This document shows positions 51,760 to 61,377 of a DNA stretch of 64,000 bases, piece by piece; position 1 is the stretch's first letter; every line of letters begins with the position of its first letter. This DNA is from Gloeobacterales cyanobacterium (GTDB taxonomy: Bacteria > Cyanobacteriota > Cyanobacteriia > Gloeobacterales > PMM-0068). A program made the position numbers and the translations under genes. The stretch spans positions 32,001 through 96,000 of the forward strand of contig JBBRSB010000010.1 of the NCBI GenBank assembly GCA_038245785.1, given 5' to 3'. The notes beneath the pieces were generated by a model, which saw nothing but the letters and a program-made list of their open reading frames with translations, did no database searches and was not told where the DNA came from.

Positions 51760-52710
51760 CTATTGTGAAGCTACGTCTTGAGCAGGGTCTTTCTTCCGTT
51801 TAGCCCAGTGAATGATGGTGTTGTGGGAAATACCTGTTTCTCTCTCAATTTCCCGAAAACCCATCCCTTGCTGATGTAGATCTAGACAGCGATGTCTGAC
51901 TTCATCCGAATAGCCCTGAGCCGTATACATTTCAGGAAACTGCCTGTGGCAACCTTTGCAGAGATAGCGCTGCTTGCCGTGACGATGCCCGTTCTTAGAG
52001 ACCTGCTGTGAATGACAGTGAGGACATTTCATTACATTTTTGTGCATTGTCTCATTCGCAGTATGGGGGCGCAGGTAAGCTACGAGCAAATCTTTGATCT
52101 CTTGGTACAGCTCTTGGCGGTGCATCTCATCGCTGCGTAGGGCTGCAAGCAACAATGTGTTATAGGACTGATGGGTTACTTCAGCCAGCAGTTCGCTCTT
52201 ATGAATACTCAAGGCTGGATTGTACAGTCGCATCCAGCTTGCGAATGTTTGCATTAGCTCCTGATTAAAATTCTCATCGAAGAGCTGAAACATTTCTGGG
52301 GCAACAAAATATTGTACATAGACCACTCGAGATACGGGGTTCTCAAAGTACTGTGCATAGGTTTTCACCATTGTCTCGACAAGCTGTTCAAGGGGAAGCT
52401 GAACCATCTGCGGCGAGAATAACTGGGCATTGATAACATTTACGTGCTCCATGTGACGAGCTTCTAGGGCATGGAAGAGGGATACCTTATCGGGGAAGAA
52501 CTGATACAGGGAACCAATAGCCGTTCCAGCACGGGCAGCAATGGCATGGGTGGTTGCTGCTTCATAGCCTATTTCATCAAATACTTCAGCTGCAGCTTCT
52601 AAAATTTTCTCTACACGCTGTTTTCCACGTGCTTGCTTAGGCTGGTGACGCATAGGTTTTGGGGATAGGTCAGTCACGATGCAATTCTCAAAAAAGCTCT
52701 TGACAAACAT
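51760..52710 (-). CDS. TetR-family regulator fused to a C-terminal IS1 InsA-like zinc-ribbon/HTH domain
   Basis: PKQARG..ILEAAAEVF..IGSLYQFFPDK; C-terminus CPHC..KNG....KQRYLCKGCHRQF..GMGFREIERETGISHNTIIHW. The true start may be GTG 52677 or ATG 52653. Confidence 0.88.
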   Translation of the reverse strand: MFVKSFFENCIVTDLSPKPMRHQPKQARGKQRVEKILEAAAEVFDEIGYEAATTHAIAARAGTAIGSLYQFFPDKVSLFHALEARHMEHVNVINAQLFSPQMVQLPLEQLVETMVKTYAQYFENPVSRVVYVQYFVAPEMFQLFDENFNQELMQTFASWMRLYNPALSIHKSELLAEVTHQSYNTLLLAALRSDEMHRQELYQEIKDLLVAYLRPHTANETMHKNVMKCPHCHSQQVSKNGHRHGKQRYLCKGCHRQFPEMYTAQGYSDEVRHRCLDLHQQGMGFREIERETGISHNTIIHWAKRKKDPAQDVASQ

Positions 52711-52727
52711 GAGGATTCTGTCATGAT
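52700..52727 (+). promoter_or_regulatory. Promoter with a candidate TetR operator
   Basis: TTGACA at 52700, followed by the inverted repeat CATGA-N8-TCATG (52708-52725) between the divergent tetR and Rieske genes. Confidence 0.5.
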
Positions 52728-52888
52728 TCTAGATAAATATAGACCATTGATCATTATTTACTGGCAACCAATCTTTATGCGCCTTCCTAACTGGTGCAAC
52801 TAGTCAAGTTTGGCATGATTCTTCAGTCGCAGGTGTTTTGACATCATGCGGAAACTTGGCGATTGGAAGCTTTTAGGAGGATATATCC

Positions 52889-53875
52889 ATGTCGATGCTC
52901 AAAGGTGCACCCTGGCTTCTAGCTCATAAGTCCATGTTGGAGGTTAACAAGCCGAGAAAAGTATCCCTATACGGCTGCGATTACGTACTTTGGAAGGACC
53001 CCGCAGGCAAAGTAAGCGCTCTTCCCAATGCTTGTCCACACATGGGAGCGATATTGTCGGAAGGATGGTGTCATCCGCAAGCGCAAAGTAGTGTTGTGGT
53101 CTGTCCTTTTCATGCTCTTGAATTTGATAGTACAGGATGCACGATTTTGCCAGGTTCCAAGAAAAAAACTCTGCCGCAGCTAGAGCCCTTAGAACTGATT
53201 ATTCAGGGCGATTTTATCTGGTCTTATGGAGGAGAAGAATCAAAATTACCGATTCCAGAAATCCTAAATGAGATAGCCTCAAAATATGACTTTATCGGTC
53301 ATACAGCAGATATGAGCATAGAGACTGACTTGCGCTCTATGTTGTTGAATATGCATGACTATAATCATCAGAATGGTACCCACCGAGAACTCTTTCGAAT
53401 TCAAGAAGTACAGTTCAAAAAGTTTATCGATAATGTTTACCACTCCCATGCATTTTTTGACAATATTATGGCCCCTTACACCTTTATCGAGAAGCTCAGA
53501 AAACCGGATCTGTTTGTGCTTCCTAATGTGATCAGAGCCCATTTAGAAAACTACTTTCCATCCTTAGTCATGCTTGATAATGAGCTGCCGATGGGTAAAG
53601 TAGCCCAGTTTCATCTATTCGTGCCGGAATCAGAAACGCGCACGCGCACCTATGTACTAACTTATGGAATCGCTAAAAGTCCTATATTTAATCTCTTTAA
53701 GAAAACAGCTCTAAATCTTGCCAAAGTCGTTGTCGAACAAGATGCTAATATCCTTGGCAAGGTCTATCCAAACACTCCTCAGAAGCTTAAGCTTAATAAT
53801 GAAGTTGGGATGGATTGGGTCAGACGCAACTTTGAGCATTGGCCAGAGGTCATAGGACCAAATCTCTCTCGCTAG
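52889..53875 (+). CDS. Rieske non-heme iron oxygenase
   Basis: CPH..CPFH Rieske site and DYNHQNGTH mononuclear iron motif; AGGAGG RBS. Confidence 0.9.
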   Translation: MSMLKGAPWLLAHKSMLEVNKPRKVSLYGCDYVLWKDPAGKVSALPNACPHMGAILSEGWCHPQAQSSVVVCPFHALEFDSTGCTILPGSKKKTLPQLEPLELIIQGDFIWSYGGEESKLPIPEILNEIASKYDFIGHTADMSIETDLRSMLLNMHDYNHQNGTHRELFRIQEVQFKKFIDNVYHSHAFFDNIMAPYTFIEKLRKPDLFVLPNVIRAHLENYFPSLVMLDNELPMGKVAQFHLFVPESETRTRTYVLTYGIAKSPIFNLFKKTALNLAKVVVEQDANILGKVYPNTPQKLKLNNEVGMDWVRRNFEHWPEVIGPNLSR

Positions 53876-53971
53876 GAATTTTGCCCTCTTCTATGCGATC
53901 ATCGCAAATGTATAGGCCAATAGGGGCACTATGAGAATATGCAGTATCCTTCTACGGACATCTTGGAACGT

Positions 53972-54595
53972 ATGAAGTGGTCTTTGGCTCTAATCATTAC
54001 CCTCGCTTGGTTGCAGACAGCGGCCCAAGCGCAGAGCGTAGCGTCTCAATATCTAATGGTGACCAGGCAGTTGATTCAACAGCAGGGAATAACGGTTAGC
54101 GAAGATGAGGAGGGAGATAGAAGGCTTTTAACTTTTGGGCAGGAAACCTGCAAATTGAAAGCTAAAGGACTATCGGAGCGGCAGATCGTCTGGACGGTAG
54201 AGAAAAAAACCCAACAGCTCAAGATTGCTCCCAATGTTGGCGCTACCTTAGGAGCCTCAACGCTCCAAGCCGCCAAGGAAACTGGGTTCTGCGAAACTGT
54301 ACAGCAAGACTTTATCAAGGTTGAAACAGTTTCTGCCTTTTTCGAAACCAGCAGGCGACTGATGGTAGAACGGGGAATGTCCCCGGATGAAGCTCAGGCC
54401 GTGAACGAACCCAAAATGCTGCAGCTTGGTAAAAAAATCTGTGAGTTGCGTATCCAGGGCCGTTCTGTCGAGAAGATGAAAAAAGTGATGATCGCTGCCG
54501 CCACGAAAGCAGCTCCATCTTCAAAGAAAAAAGTGGCAGCTTATATTGTCCCGACCGCCGATGCAGCCCAGTTAGAACTTTGCCCCACGCCCTGA
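53972..54595 (+). CDS. Secreted protein with two tandem DUF732-like repeats
   Basis: Signal peptide; LLTFGQETC..GLS..AA...FC and MLQLGKKIC..GRS..AA...LCP. Confidence 0.6.
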   Translation: MKWSLALIITLAWLQTAAQAQSVASQYLMVTRQLIQQQGITVSEDEEGDRRLLTFGQETCKLKAKGLSERQIVWTVEKKTQQLKIAPNVGATLGASTLQAAKETGFCETVQQDFIKVETVSAFFETSRRLMVERGMSPDEAQAVNEPKMLQLGKKICELRIQGRSVEKMKKVMIAAATKAAPSSKKKVAAYIVPTADAAQLELCPTP

Positions 54596-54942
54596 GCCCC
54601 TAGCACAACTGCAACTGCTACGATTGCCAGTATTAGCAGTACTGTAATCGCTTGTAGGTTCTTGAAGGTTTGATGTGGACCATCATGGCAAGATTTACAA
54701 CAAATTAAGTGGGTAAACTATAGAAGAGACCTCATAGTTCAGCCATAATCTTCTCAAGTCTTCTTTATAAGGGCATTTCCGTTAAATTGATGTTGTGTTT
54801 AATTTGGCCCCCCCAGTTAAAGCTAAGTCAAAACTGAATCAGGATATCAGGATGCTTTTCATGTTTAACGTTCTGCAGGGGTCTCGCCAGACTGCTGTAG
54901 CAGTTCTGAGCAGTTCCAAGTTTTTCCCAGAGGTAGAGATCC

Positions 54943-55659
54943 ATGAAAAAATTTATCTATTGGCTGATGGGCGAGAAAGCAGGTCGCACGATCGTCGGCA
55001 CTTGGAACTGGCTATGGGGAATCCCCGTTGACGCTGGGGGGCAAGTAGCGGTGGAAGTCGCTGAGGAGTCCCTGCGCTCCATGCAAGAATCTGTCCAAAA
55101 ACTGGCAGAAGCTGTTTCAACGCAAGTAGCCGCGTACCAGCGAGCCAAACAAAAGTATGAGGGGAAAGTCAAGGAAATACAGTCAGCTGAAGGCCAAGCG
55201 AAGACGGCACAGCGCAATGGCAACGAAGAAGCTGCCCGTCTCGCCATGACCCGCGTACTGCAAATCGAGCAACTTCTGCCTCAATTGGAAGAGCAAGTGA
55301 AACAGGCAGAGCAGTATGTCAATGCTTCCAAGGACAAGCTGAACAGAGAGCGTCAAAAGCTGGAGGTTTACAAAACTGACATGCAGAATATGAAAGATAT
55401 AGCAGAGATCAATCAGGCCCTGGAGACAATGGCAAAAGTCAACAGTGATCTGAGCATTGATTCAGCCCGCTCCCAGTTTGAAGCAGCTAAAAGTGCAGTA
55501 GAGCGACGGAATTTGCGAACGAGTGCCCTTGTAGAAATATCTGAGAATCCAACTGAAAAACTGAGTGCAGAGATGGAAAAGATGACATTAGATGATGAGG
55601 TGGCCCGTCGCCTACAAATGCTAGGGGATTCGAGTTCTAAGCAACTACCCGGAGAATAA
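54943..55659 (+). CDS. PspA/IM30 family protein
   Basis: Long coiled coil, A...GNEEAARLA and a ..DDEVARRL C-terminus. Confidence 0.85.
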   Translation: MKKFIYWLMGEKAGRTIVGTWNWLWGIPVDAGGQVAVEVAEESLRSMQESVQKLAEAVSTQVAAYQRAKQKYEGKVKEIQSAEGQAKTAQRNGNEEAARLAMTRVLQIEQLLPQLEEQVKQAEQYVNASKDKLNRERQKLEVYKTDMQNMKDIAEINQALETMAKVNSDLSIDSARSQFEAAKSAVERRNLRTSALVEISENPTEKLSAEMEKMTLDDEVARRLQMLGDSSSKQLPGE

Positions 55660-55664
55660 TTCTA

Positions 55665-56582
55665 ATGGCTCAAAAAAGTAGTCCTCCTCCCATTTCGTAT
55701 ATTTTGCTAGCCTTGCTACTTGCTGGAGGGAGCTATTGGTATTTTGAGATACGGAAACCGACAGAGACTAGTACTGCTGTGCCGACAGGAACAGCCTCCG
55801 CTCCCTCAGCTAATGCGCCCCCTGCAGCTACTTCCCCTACTACTTTTTCGCCACCAACAACAGTGCCTAGAGGTACTACCGTTAGGATTGCGGGTTCAAC
55901 AAGCATGGTACAGATTAATCAGGCTCTGAAGCGTGGCTTTGAAGGGCAGTTTCCAGGTGCTTTGGTAAAAACGGATGCGGGTGGTTCCAGTCAGGGCATC
56001 CAAAATCTCTTGGCGGGAAAAATAGATATTGCCGCTGTGTCTCGTGTGCTGAGCGATCAGGAACTAAATCAAGGTTTGGTTGCTATCCCAATAGCTGAAG
56101 ATGCGGTTGCGATTGTTGTCGGGGATGCCAATCCCTTCCGTAAGGGACTCACGGATACTCAGGTACAGGGAATCTTTCAAGGCCAGATCAATAAATGGTT
56201 AGGGATTGGTGGAGGGTCTGGAACGATCCGGGTGATTAATCGACCAGAGGGCAGTGGAACGCGGCAGGCGTTCCAGGAATTGGTGCTGAAGGGTGCCAAT
56301 TTTGGTGAGGGGGCCAACTCTACGACGATGCCACGGGATGCGACTACACCCTTGCTACAAGCCTTGAAAGCGGATGGAATTGGCTATGCAACTTATGCTC
56401 AAGTGGCTAACCAGCGAACGGTTCGTACCGTTGCCGTCAATGGGTTAACACCTGAAGCCTCTAACTACCCTTATCTACGCACTCTTTACTACGTTTACAA
56501 GAATCCTCCGAGTCCCGCAGTGCAGGCATTTCTAGGATATGCCACTTCCCCTCAAGGGAAACAAAGTCTTATTGCCAAGTAG
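55665..56582 (+). CDS. PstS-like phosphate-binding protein
   Basis: IAGSTSM, GSSQGI, IDIAAVSR, NRPEGSGTR and YPYLRTLYYV; N-terminal TM and Pro/Thr linker. Confidence 0.88.
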   Translation: MAQKSSPPPISYILLALLLAGGSYWYFEIRKPTETSTAVPTGTASAPSANAPPAATSPTTFSPPTTVPRGTTVRIAGSTSMVQINQALKRGFEGQFPGALVKTDAGGSSQGIQNLLAGKIDIAAVSRVLSDQELNQGLVAIPIAEDAVAIVVGDANPFRKGLTDTQVQGIFQGQINKWLGIGGGSGTIRVINRPEGSGTRQAFQELVLKGANFGEGANSTTMPRDATTPLLQALKADGIGYATYAQVANQRTVRTVAVNGLTPEASNYPYLRTLYYVYKNPPSPAVQAFLGYATSPQGKQSLIAK

Positions 56583-56765
56583 CTGCGTCGTGTTGAACAG
56601 ATCTTGCTGCTGGAAAAACGTTTGAAGACCATATATAAGAGGCGAGCATACTTGCTCCACATAGGCCCAAAGCAAACGTGCTACATATGGGAATAAGGAA
56701 CTGAGATCAGTTCTTGTGTACAGATCAGATGGTGGTAATACAATCCCCGCTCACGAGGAGTATGA

Positions 56766-57392
56766 ATGGACGCACTACAAACCGTCTCCATGGCTGCCGG
56801 TCTTGCTTGGGCGAGTGGCTTCCGAATCTATCTGGTACTCCTAGTCGTTGGTCTGCTTAGTCATTACGGGACTATTACTCTACCCACTAGCCTCCAATTA
56901 CTAGCCAATCCCTGGGTGATTGCAGCATCTGGTTTCATGTGCTTTGTCGAATTTTTTGCCGATAAAATTCCTGGCATCGACACGCTTTGGGATACCGTAC
57001 ATACGTTTATTCGGATTCCAGGAGGAGCAGCTCTTGCCGCTGGAATCGTGGGAGCAAACAGTGGTGATAATGCTGCACTTACCTTAGCAGCAGCTATTCT
57101 CGGCGGCACCCTTGCCTCTGGTAGTCACTTTGCAAAGGCAGGGACACGAGCCATGATCAATACTTCCCCTGAACCTATCACCAATTGGACCGCCTCCTTC
57201 GGTGAGGATGCTATGGTCTTGGGTGGATTATGGGCCATATTCACACATCCTGTGTTGTTTCTATCCGCTCTGGCTGTCTTTATCCTGGTTCTGATTTGGT
57301 TGCTCCCCAAACTATGGCGGGGAATATACAAAGTTACGGATGGAGCGAAGCGAATGCTCTCTAAAGTTGCTTCTCCAGGGACCGCGCCATAA
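56766..57392 (+). CDS. DUF4126 membrane protein
   Basis: GLAWASGFRIY, EFFADKIPGID..WD.VHTFIR and SPEPITNW.AS..ED. Confidence 0.88.
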   Translation: MDALQTVSMAAGLAWASGFRIYLVLLVVGLLSHYGTITLPTSLQLLANPWVIAASGFMCFVEFFADKIPGIDTLWDTVHTFIRIPGGAALAAGIVGANSGDNAALTLAAAILGGTLASGSHFAKAGTRAMINTSPEPITNWTASFGEDAMVLGGLWAIFTHPVLFLSALAVFILVLIWLLPKLWRGIYKVTDGAKRMLSKVASPGTAP

Positions 57393-58062
57393 GTTAGGGT
57401 CTTTATTAGCTTTTGTATCCCAGAACACATAGCGCTCTTCCACTATTTAACATTCAAGAAGTCATCAGAAGCTTGCTCTTAATAGAGGCTTCTTTCTAAT
57501 CACGCTTAAAATACTCCATGGACATCTAAAATGGCGATAACACCGGGCTAAATGTAAACGGAGTCTGTCTCGACACCATTTAAGTTTGTCTTTGTCGATT
57601 AAGTTGACTGAATTCAATCAAGCATAAGTGACTTGAGTAGGGTTATAGACTCGGCTAACTATAGATGTAGCGTCAGGACAATAAAAATTCCTATATATAG
57701 CGCAAAAGACTCAGTAAATACTCGTATAAACGCATACATAACAAGCAGGATATACTTTCCTTCCGTTTCTGCTATAGTTTGAACGTTTTGAAGATAGCAA
57801 GAACAGAATAAAACAGCTCAAAGCTTTGTTCTGATTGCTATGCAGTCGTTGCAAACCTAGCTGAAATGATGAATTCTAATTTTGTTATTAAAAGATCTAG
57901 ACAACGATCCCCTTAGGGGTTTTAATATCTTTACAGTATAAATACGTAAACTTCAAATTCGCATCTTGCAGATGCAAACTCCTGGTTTAGTTCTCACTTC
58001 CGTTAACAAGAGTTGTATAGTCCAATACCGTTCTACTTTATTCTGCTTGAGGAGGCGAGAGG

Positions 58063-58320
58063 TTGATGCAGCAGGAGACCATGGAGAAAAGAGCAGCGAT
58101 TATGTCAACCGGCGACCTAAAAGCTGATCTGATGAAGTTAAACCGCAAAGAAGAACGGACAGATATAGAAGAACGACGTCGAAGAATAGTAGAGAAAGAG
58201 TATCTACAGAGACTCAGGGGCGAAAAGAAAGACCCCCATATGATGATATGCCGAGAACCTATTTTTGATACTGCCGAAACTTTTGACCCATGGGTGCATT
58301 CCTCTGCGTGGCGAAAATAA
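58063..58320 (+). CDS. Small hypothetical protein (charged, helical)
   Basis: 85-aa ORF with GAGGAGG upstream. Confidence 0.55.
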   Translation: MMQQETMEKRAAIMSTGDLKADLMKLNRKEERTDIEERRRRIVEKEYLQRLRGEKKDPHMMICREPIFDTAETFDPWVHSSAWRK

Positions 58321-58324
58321 ATAA

Positions 58325-58525
58325 TGAACTACCCTACTGCAAAGGCGGACGGGGTTTCTGTCTCTTCTTCTGCCCTAGTTACTTTATCAATCCCGTATAT
58401 TTATAAGTCTCTGAATAGATCTAAAGCATCCAAAACTAATGGAGCTTGCTGCGATTGAGTCGTTCTTTTCAGCACGACTTCACCAGAAGCGTACTGAGGA
58501 AGTAGCTAGGAGTGTTCTTGGCTGC
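58325..58525 (-). mobile_element. Possible IS200/IS605-type right-end remnant (tnpB 3' end)
   Basis: The minus strand ends CAGAAACCCCGTCCGCCTTTGCAGTAGGGTAGTTCA, similar to IS605 right-end hairpins; a GCA GCC AAG AAC (AAKN) relic lies at 58514-58525. Confidence 0.45.
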
Positions 58526-58542
58526 GCCTACTGCCTACCGCC

Positions 58543-58600
58543 TCAATGCTCCTACGGAGCGCGGTACTTCGTCAATGCTTCTACGGAGCGCAGTACCTTG
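58543..58600. repeat. Two tandem 29-bp repeats, each with an internal hairpin
   Basis: TCAATGCTCCTACGGAGCGCGGTACTTCG then TCAATGCTTCTACGGAGCGCAGTACCTTG. Confidence 0.8.
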
Positions 58601-58803
58601 TGCTGGACACATGGATAGTGAGCCCAATTCGTACAAGAATTAGTAAATAAACTTTTAGGCTCTTCCTGAAACCCTTGACGCAAGGGAGTTTGAGTGGGAG
58701 TGAAACTTAATGGAAAATTAATGCTTTTAGGTATAGGGAGGGCCCTGAACATGGGTAAGCTGGAACAGTAAAGCTGCTGTTAGGGCTGATAAGGATTGAG
58801 CAC

Positions 58804-58941
58804 ATGGTAGAGACACAGAAAGTAACTCTTGGATTGTTCATCACGGCTATTTTTTCGGTTTGGTTCGCATTTGCTTTCACCCATGGCATGATTCCCGAAA
58901 TAGGGAGTGTCCTGACTGCCCTCACACAGAGCAATATCTAA
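58804..58941 (+). CDS. Small single-TM protein (45 aa, not in the ORF track)
   Basis: MVETQKVTLGLFITAIFSVWFAFAFTHGMIPEIGSVLTALTQSNI; AAGGA upstream. Confidence 0.5.
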   Translation: MVETQKVTLGLFITAIFSVWFAFAFTHGMIPEIGSVLTALTQSNI

Positions 58942-58987
58942 AGAATTAGCTCGGCACTGTTTTCCAGTAATTCAGAGAGCATTCGAC

Positions 58988-59374
58988 TCAGTTTCCTCTC
59001 TGGATAAGCTCAATTTTGTAGCCACTGGGGTCTTCCAAGAAAGCAATGACCGTACTGCCATGCTTCATTGGGCCAGGCTCACGTACTACTTTGCCCCCTT
59101 TACTGGCAGCCTCTGCGCAGGCGGTGTAGATATCTTCGACGCCAATGGCAATGTGACCGTAGGCATCCCCCAGGGTGTAGTTATCTCGGTCCCAGTTGTA
59201 CGTCAGTTCGATAACGGCTGTTTTGTCTTCCGTGTCATAACCGACGAAGGCTAAGGTGAATTTTCCGTCGGGATAGTCCTTCTGGCGTAGAAGCTTCATG
59301 CCCAGCACTTCGGTATAAAACTTCAAAGATTCTTCTAGATTCTTGACCCGGAGCATTGTGTGCAGCAGACGCAT
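58988..59374 (-). CDS. gloA: Lactoylglutathione lyase (glyoxalase I)
   Basis: [21 protein letters not shown] and [10 protein letters not shown]. Confidence 0.96.
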   Translation of the reverse strand: MRLLHTMLRVKNLEESLKFYTEVLGMKLLRQKDYPDGKFTLAFVGYDTEDKTAVIELTYNWDRDNYTLGDAYGHIAIGVEDIYTACAEAASKGGKVVREPGPMKHGSTVIAFLEDPSGYKIELIQRGN

Positions 59375-59471
59375 AAGCTCATCCTAAATTTGTCCTCTTG
59401 CTCATGGTAACTGACTGCGAAGAAGTACTAACTAGAGCTAAGATCCCTGGCATCCCCTGCCCAATATACCT

Positions 59472-60764
59472 GTGCACACGCATTCTCTTCCGCTCTCTTT
59501 AAGCCCCAGTCTGCTCTTTGAGCGGTTATTTGAGGATGAACCAATAGCGGTGCTCCTAGAAAGTCCTGGGCACGCCCGTCATTCGAAGACTGCTCGTTAT
59601 TCCTACTTGGCGGCTGTCCCTCACAAAATCTTGACTCCCCCCTTAGGTTCTGTATTTCAGGCGCTAGAAGACTGGCTGATAGAAGCTGAAGACTTGCCCC
59701 TCTTCGGTTGGTTGGGCTACGATTTGGCCTGGGAAATTGAGCATCTGCCTTGGACAAAAGAGGATACGCTGCCTTTTCCTGTCGCTTTTTGGTTTGAGCC
59801 AGAAGTGCTCATCGTCTGTGACCATTGGCAAAAAGTCTTAACTCTAAAAACGAGACAAGACCCGGATGCTTGGCTCCGTCGAATTCAAGCGGTTACAGCA
59901 ACTGCTTCTAGTCTATCTACCGACTTGATGGCGATTAAAGACCTGACGTTTTTATCTAGCCCGGAAGAATATCAAAAGGCTGTGCAAAGTGCAAAAGAAT
60001 ATATTCAAGCGGGAGATATTTTTCAGAGCAATTTATCCCTGCGTTTTCAAGCGACTAGAACGGGAAATGAAAATAGTTTAGCCCTCTATCAACAACTACA
60101 AGCGCTGAATCCCTCTCCTTTTGCGAGCTATTGGCGCACAACCTGGGGAGAAGTAGTCAGTTGCTCTCCAGAACGACTGGTCAAACGAGAAGGTGAGCGG
60201 GTAGAAACCCGTCCGATTGCAGGGACGCGCCCTCGGGGAATAACAGTGGACAAAGACCGAGATTTAGAAGAAGAACTTTTGGCCAATGCCAAAGAACAGG
60301 CGGAACACATCATGCTTGTGGATTTGGAACGCAATGATTTAGGGCGGGTGTGTCGCTATGGCTCTGTCGAGGTCGATGAGTTATTAACGATTGAACGGTA
60401 TTCCCATGTGATGCATATCGTTTCGAATGTAGTTGGTGAACTCAAACCTCAAGCCAGTTCTATTGACCTAATTCGGGCAGTTTTTCCTGGAGGAACGATT
60501 ACAGGTTGTCCAAAAGTACGGTGTATGGAAATTATTGAAGAATTAGAACCTGTACGCCGTTCACTTTTCTATGGTTCTTGCGGTTGGCTTGCTCCCAATG
60601 GAGATTTAGACTTGAATATTTTGATTCGCACCCTCTTGGTGACCGAAGATAACGTCTATGGACAAGTCGGAGCTGGTATTGTGGCAGATTCGGACCCCTT
60701 ACAGGAATATTTGGAGTCTGTGCAAAAGGCAAAAGCGCTATTAACGGCTTTAGGTTGGAATTGA
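59472..60764 (+). CDS. Anthranilate synthase component I-like / aminodeoxychorismate synthase (PabB-like)
   Basis: SCSPERL, RPIAGTRPRG, AEHIMLVDLERNDLGRV and FPGGTITGCPKVR. Confidence 0.9.
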   Translation: MHTHSLPLSLSPSLLFERLFEDEPIAVLLESPGHARHSKTARYSYLAAVPHKILTPPLGSVFQALEDWLIEAEDLPLFGWLGYDLAWEIEHLPWTKEDTLPFPVAFWFEPEVLIVCDHWQKVLTLKTRQDPDAWLRRIQAVTATASSLSTDLMAIKDLTFLSSPEEYQKAVQSAKEYIQAGDIFQSNLSLRFQATRTGNENSLALYQQLQALNPSPFASYWRTTWGEVVSCSPERLVKREGERVETRPIAGTRPRGITVDKDRDLEEELLANAKEQAEHIMLVDLERNDLGRVCRYGSVEVDELLTIERYSHVMHIVSNVVGELKPQASSIDLIRAVFPGGTITGCPKVRCMEIIEELEPVRRSLFYGSCGWLAPNGDLDLNILIRTLLVTEDNVYGQVGAGIVADSDPLQEYLESVQKAKALLTALGWN

Positions 60765-60937
60765 AGAAGTCATTGTTCTTAAAGCTTCAGGTATTCAGAA
60801 AACTATTGCAAAGTGAAAATGAAAACTTTAAAGCTGCTTAGGGAATAATAATCAATAAAGAGATTTGCAATACTCCTATGAGTCTATTAACTGAATAAGT
60901 GCTTCAGGTCAAGATTCTACATAAACAGAGAGTTTAG

Positions 60938-61377
60938 ATGTCTAGATCCTCTTTAAAAAAATTTTTATAAGTATAAGTTTCGGAGTAATTCTTTCGGCTA
61001 GTCTTTACTGGTTATTATTTTCAACAGAAGTATTCATATCCTTACTTTTCGCTACACCTAACCCATCTGAATTTATTCGAAATTTCTCAAACGATAGCTA
61101 TTTCTCAGTTGGACATAGCATTTTATTTTTTGTGCGAATTTTGTTATCATCACCTTTTGTTTGTATCCGCAGTAAATTCTTTGGAGAAGCTGATCCAGTA
61201 GATGTATTTATTATTTGTTTATTTCCAGTACTAGCACTATTCTTCTATGTATTTTTAGAGTCAATAGTAATTGGCAAACCAATGAGAACTGGAGATCTAA
61301 TAATTATTCAAATATTCACTGTAAACGCAGCTATTCTTTTGCTAGGAGGATTTGCAGGGTGGGCTTTGTCACGATAA
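60938..61377 (+). pseudogene. AT-rich multi-TM membrane protein gene frameshifted in an A7 run
   Basis: ATG 60938 gives MSRSSLKK and then stops. The -1 frame from 60961 is open to 61377 (IFISISFGVILSASLYWLLF.. joining ORF 61132..61377). Confidence 0.55.

Noticed and set aside
54542..54718. Minus-strand frame containing CKSCH (heme-like CxxCH) and a hydrophobic stretch
   Set aside because: An in-frame TAG lies upstream with no standard start before the motif, and the frame overlaps another gene; likely chance.
56697..56750. GAACTGAGATCAGTTC palindrome containing CTGAGA, upstream of DUF4126
   Set aside because: The remaining TPP riboswitch elements are absent; it is at most a short operator-like palindrome.
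57696..57777. TATAGCG..TGCTATA short inverted ends suggesting an IS630-type MITE
   Set aside because: The match is only 6-7 bp in AT-rich DNA, which is not enough support.
58543..58600. Possible CRISPR array
   Set aside because: Only two directly adjacent units, no spacers, and no cas genes in the window.
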